64,000 nucleotides of DNA. Source: Microcoleus sp. Lineage in GTDB: Bacteria > Cyanobacteriota > Cyanobacteriia > Cyanobacteriales > Microcoleaceae. Below, piece by piece: positions 61,108-64,000 of the stretch (positions within the stretch are counted from its first letter, which is position 1; the number at the start of each line of letters is the position of its first letter). The stretch lies in NCBI GenBank assembly GCA_042408215.1, contig JAYFMW010000003.1, positions 160,001 through 224,000 of the forward strand. Direction: 5' to 3'. The notes under the pieces are model-generated. The model had not been told where the DNA came from. It did no database searches and saw only the letters and a list, made by a program, of their open reading frames with translations. A program made the translations under genes and the position numbers.

Positions 61108-63363
61108 ATGGATCATCTCACACTAAAATTAGGGGGCATGAGTTGTGCCTCCTGTGCCTCTTCTGTTGAACAAGCAATTAAATCTGTTCCCGGCGTAATT
61201 GAGTGCAATGTCAACTTTGGCATGGAACAAGCAAGCATCCAATACGACTCCCAGAAAACCAGCTTAGAAACAATTCAAGAGGCTGTTGATGCAGCGGGAT
61301 ACAAAGCTTTGCCGCTTCAAGAAATGGCGGCGGAAGAGGATGACACCGAGCAAGCAAATCGCAAATCTGAATCTCAAATTTTGCAGCGCAAACTATATGT
61401 AGCAGGCACTATTAGCCTCATATTATTGGCGGGTTCCCTTCCAAGTATGACTGGCTTGCACTTGCCATTTATTCCACCCTGGCTGCACAATTTTTGGCTG
61501 CAATTAGTGCTGACAGCACCAGTACAATTTTGGTGCGGAAAATCATTTTATATAGGAGCTTTTAAATCTCTAAAACGCCGCCTAGCAACAATGGATACCC
61601 TGATTGCTTTGGGTACAAGTGCTGCTTACTTTTATTCTGTATTTGTGACAATTTTTCCCAGTTTATTCATAGTCAAGGGTTTGATGCCGAGCGTTTATTA
61701 TGAAGTGTCATCCAGTGTGATCGCCCTAATTTTGCTGGGTAAAACCCTAGAAAATCGGGCGAAGGGAGAGACTTCTGAGGCAATTCGGAAACTCATGGGT
61801 TTGCAAGCGAAAACGGCTCGGATCGTTCGCAATGGGCAAGAGTTGGAAGTGTCGATCGCCCAAGTGGAAATTGGCGATATCGTGCAGGTGCGGCCCGGCG
61901 AACAAATTCCCGTAGACGGAGAGGTGATTGAAGGCTATTCGACCATAGATGAAGCAATGGTAACGGGGGAAAGTTTGCCTGTCAAAAAACAGATTGGCGA
62001 TGAAGTTATCGGAGCAACTATTAACAAAACTGGCAGCTTTAAGTTTCGCGCTACCAGGATTGGTAAGGATACATTCCTGGCTCAAATTGTCAAGATGGTG
62101 CAGGATGCCCAGGGGTCTAAAGCACCGATTCAAAAGTTAGCAGACGAGGTAACTGGTTGGTTTGTACCCGCAGTAATTGCCGTGGCTTTAGCTACTTTTA
62201 TCATCTGGTTTAAGACGACGGGTAACTTCACTTTGGCAACGATTACAATGGTGGAAGTGCTGATTATTGCATGTCCCTGCGCTTTGGGTTTGGCGACTCC
62301 GACTGCTGTGATGGTTGGCACTGGCAAAGGCGCAGAAAACGGTATTTTATTTAAAGGAGCCGACAGTTTAGAATTGGCTCATAAAATTCAGGTCATTGTG
62401 TTAGATAAAACCGGAACTCTCACGGAAGGCAAACCGACTGTAACTGACTTTGTGACAATTAAAGGAACGGCGAACAGCAATGAATTACAACTGCTGCAAT
62501 TGGCAGCGTCTGTTGAGGGAAATTCGGAGCATCCTTTGGGTGAAGCTGTTGTTAGATACGCTCAATCTCAAGAGGTAAGTTTAACAGATGTTAAGCATTT
62601 TGAGGCGATCGCGGGGAGTGGCGTGCGCGGGGTTGTGGAGGGAAGGTCGATCGCCCTGGGAACGCTCAGGTGGATGCAGGAATTAGGCTGTGATACGGAA
62701 TATTTGGAACTGCGCGCGAGAGCTTGGGAATCTGCCAGCAAAACGGTTGTTTGGATGGCCTGTGAGGGCGAAATTGAGGCGATAATGGGAATTGCGGATG
62801 CTCTGAAACCGTCGTCCAGGGCGGCGGTGAAAGCACTGCAAAAACTCGGTTTAGAGGTGGCGATGCTGACAGGAGATAACCGCGCGACTGCGGAGTCGAT
62901 CGCCCTTTATGCTGGTATCGATCGCGTTTTTGCTGAAGTTAGACCAGACCAAAAAGCAGCTCAAATCCAAGCACTGCAAGCACAAGGAAAGATTGTCGCG
63001 ATGGTGGGAGATGGGATTAACGATGCTCCGGCTTTGGCTATAGCGGATGTGGGAATTGCGATCGGCACAGGGACTGATATTGCGATCGCAGCTAGCGATA
63101 TTACCCTAATTTCTGGAGACTTGCAAGGCATAGTTACAGCCATTCAACTGTCGCGCGCCACCATGCGGAACATCCGCCAAAACCTGTTTTTTGCCTTCAT
63201 TTACAACATCGCTGGAATTCCGATCGCGGCCGGCATTTTGTACCCGATTTTGGGCTGGCTACTAAGTCCAATTATCGCCGGCGGAGCAATGGCTTTTAGT
63301 TCAGTTTCTGTACTTACTAATGCTTTGCGATTGCGTAATTTTAAACCAAAACCTCTGGCCTAA
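61108..63363 (+). CDS. Cu(I)-translocating P1B-type ATPase (PacS/CopA-like)
   Basis: [33 protein letters not shown] and MAFSS Cu+ motifs. Confidence 0.93.
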   Translation: MDHLTLKLGGMSCASCASSVEQAIKSVPGVIECNVNFGMEQASIQYDSQKTSLETIQEAVDAAGYKALPLQEMAAEEDDTEQANRKSESQILQRKLYVAGTISLILLAGSLPSMTGLHLPFIPPWLHNFWLQLVLTAPVQFWCGKSFYIGAFKSLKRRLATMDTLIALGTSAAYFYSVFVTIFPSLFIVKGLMPSVYYEVSSSVIALILLGKTLENRAKGETSEAIRKLMGLQAKTARIVRNGQELEVSIAQVEIGDIVQVRPGEQIPVDGEVIEGYSTIDEAMVTGESLPVKKQIGDEVIGATINKTGSFKFRATRIGKDTFLAQIVKMVQDAQGSKAPIQKLADEVTGWFVPAVIAVALATFIIWFKTTGNFTLATITMVEVLIIACPCALGLATPTAVMVGTGKGAENGILFKGADSLELAHKIQVIVLDKTGTLTEGKPTVTDFVTIKGTANSNELQLLQLAASVEGNSEHPLGEAVVRYAQSQEVSLTDVKHFEAIAGSGVRGVVEGRSIALGTLRWMQELGCDTEYLELRARAWESASKTVVWMACEGEIEAIMGIADALKPSSRAAVKALQKLGLEVAMLTGDNRATAESIALYAGIDRVFAEVRPDQKAAQIQALQAQGKIVAMVGDGINDAPALAIADVGIAIGTGTDIAIAASDITLISGDLQGIVTAIQLSRATMRNIRQNLFFAFIYNIAGIPIAAGILYPILGWLLSPIIAGGAMAFSSVSVLTNALRLRNFKPKPLA

Positions 63364-63494
63364 ATTAGGTAACAAATGTAACGGTGACAACTGTAACTGT
63401 GGCAACTACGGCAACTGCGACGGTGGCGGCGCGATTTTTTTCAGCAGGAAATCGCTAAAATTGATCAAAGCTTAAAAAATTTGGAGTGAGATCA

Positions 63495-63890
63495 ATGCAA
63501 CTACTACACACCATGCTCCGAGTCGGCAACCTGGAAGAATCCCTCAAATTCTACACCGAAGTGCTGGGCATGAAACTGCTGCGACAAAAGGAATATCCAG
63601 AGGGTAAATTTACCCTGGCTTTTGTCGGCTACGGCGAGGAATCCGACCATACAGTTTTGGAATTAACTTACAACTGGGGCGTGGAAGAGTACAATTTAGG
63701 GGATGCTTACGGTCATATTGCGATCGGCGTTGATGACATTTACGCTACCTGCGATGAAATTAAAGCTCGCGGCGGTAAAGTTAGTCGCGAACCTGGCCCG
63801 ATGAAACACGGTTCAACTGTTATTGCTTTTGTGGAAGATCCCGATGGATATAAAGTTGAATTAATTCAACTGAAAAATCGACGCGCCTAA
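63495..63890 (+). CDS. gloA: Lactoylglutathione lyase (glyoxalase I)
   Basis: [35 protein letters not shown]. Confidence 0.95.
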   Translation: MQLLHTMLRVGNLEESLKFYTEVLGMKLLRQKEYPEGKFTLAFVGYGEESDHTVLELTYNWGVEEYNLGDAYGHIAIGVDDIYATCDEIKARGGKVSREPGPMKHGSTVIAFVEDPDGYKVELIQLKNRRA

Positions 63891-63892
63891 TC

Positions 63893-64000
63893 CAAGAAAC
63901 CGGGTTTCTGCGAGAATTTTGGCATCCTCACCAGATTGTCTGAAGAAACCCGGTTTCTGACTGATAGCAAACCGACTAGAAACCGGGTTTCTGCGAGAAT
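63893..64000. repeat. AGAAACC(G/C)GGTTTCT REP-like palindromes
   Basis: Three copies at about 63895, 63944 and 63978. Confidence 0.8.

Overview
64 kb of a filamentous cyanobacterial chromosome (Microcoleus/Oscillatoria-like, inferred from abundant HIP1 GCGATCGC, heptamer tandem repeats, REP-like palindromes and gap2). From left to right it carries: a surface-glycan locus (two gmd copies and a 1359-aa TPR-GT17-FkbM-FkbM-GT11 fusion); a repeat-dense intergenic zone with nested miniature elements; housekeeping genes (gap2, nadD, murC, murB, ybaB, pgi, dusB, argF, proS, rpmB, htpG, gloA); an accessory or defence-like stretch (ABC-ATPase+PIN pair, Uma2, HsdR_N-ParA plus ParB-like/HhH pair, PstI-like REase remnant); two lipase-RTX paralogs; and a copper/heavy-metal resistance cluster with recognisable operator sites. 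The most notable observations are: (i) five RNA-guided-nuclease (OMEGA) RNA carriers within about 9 kb, namely an apparently intact IS607-tnpB, three ORF-less IS200/IS605 miniature elements keeping both ends and the omega-RNA, and an orphan HEARO/IscB-type RNA; (ii) a TIR MITE that repeatedly inserts at the centre of REP palindromes; (iii) two uncharacterised, translationally coupled two-gene nuclease/NTPase cassettes with signs of modular insertion. Several +1 frameshifts in short homopolymers, including in pgi, may be sequencing errors. All family assignments come from motif recognition by eye; no database search was run.
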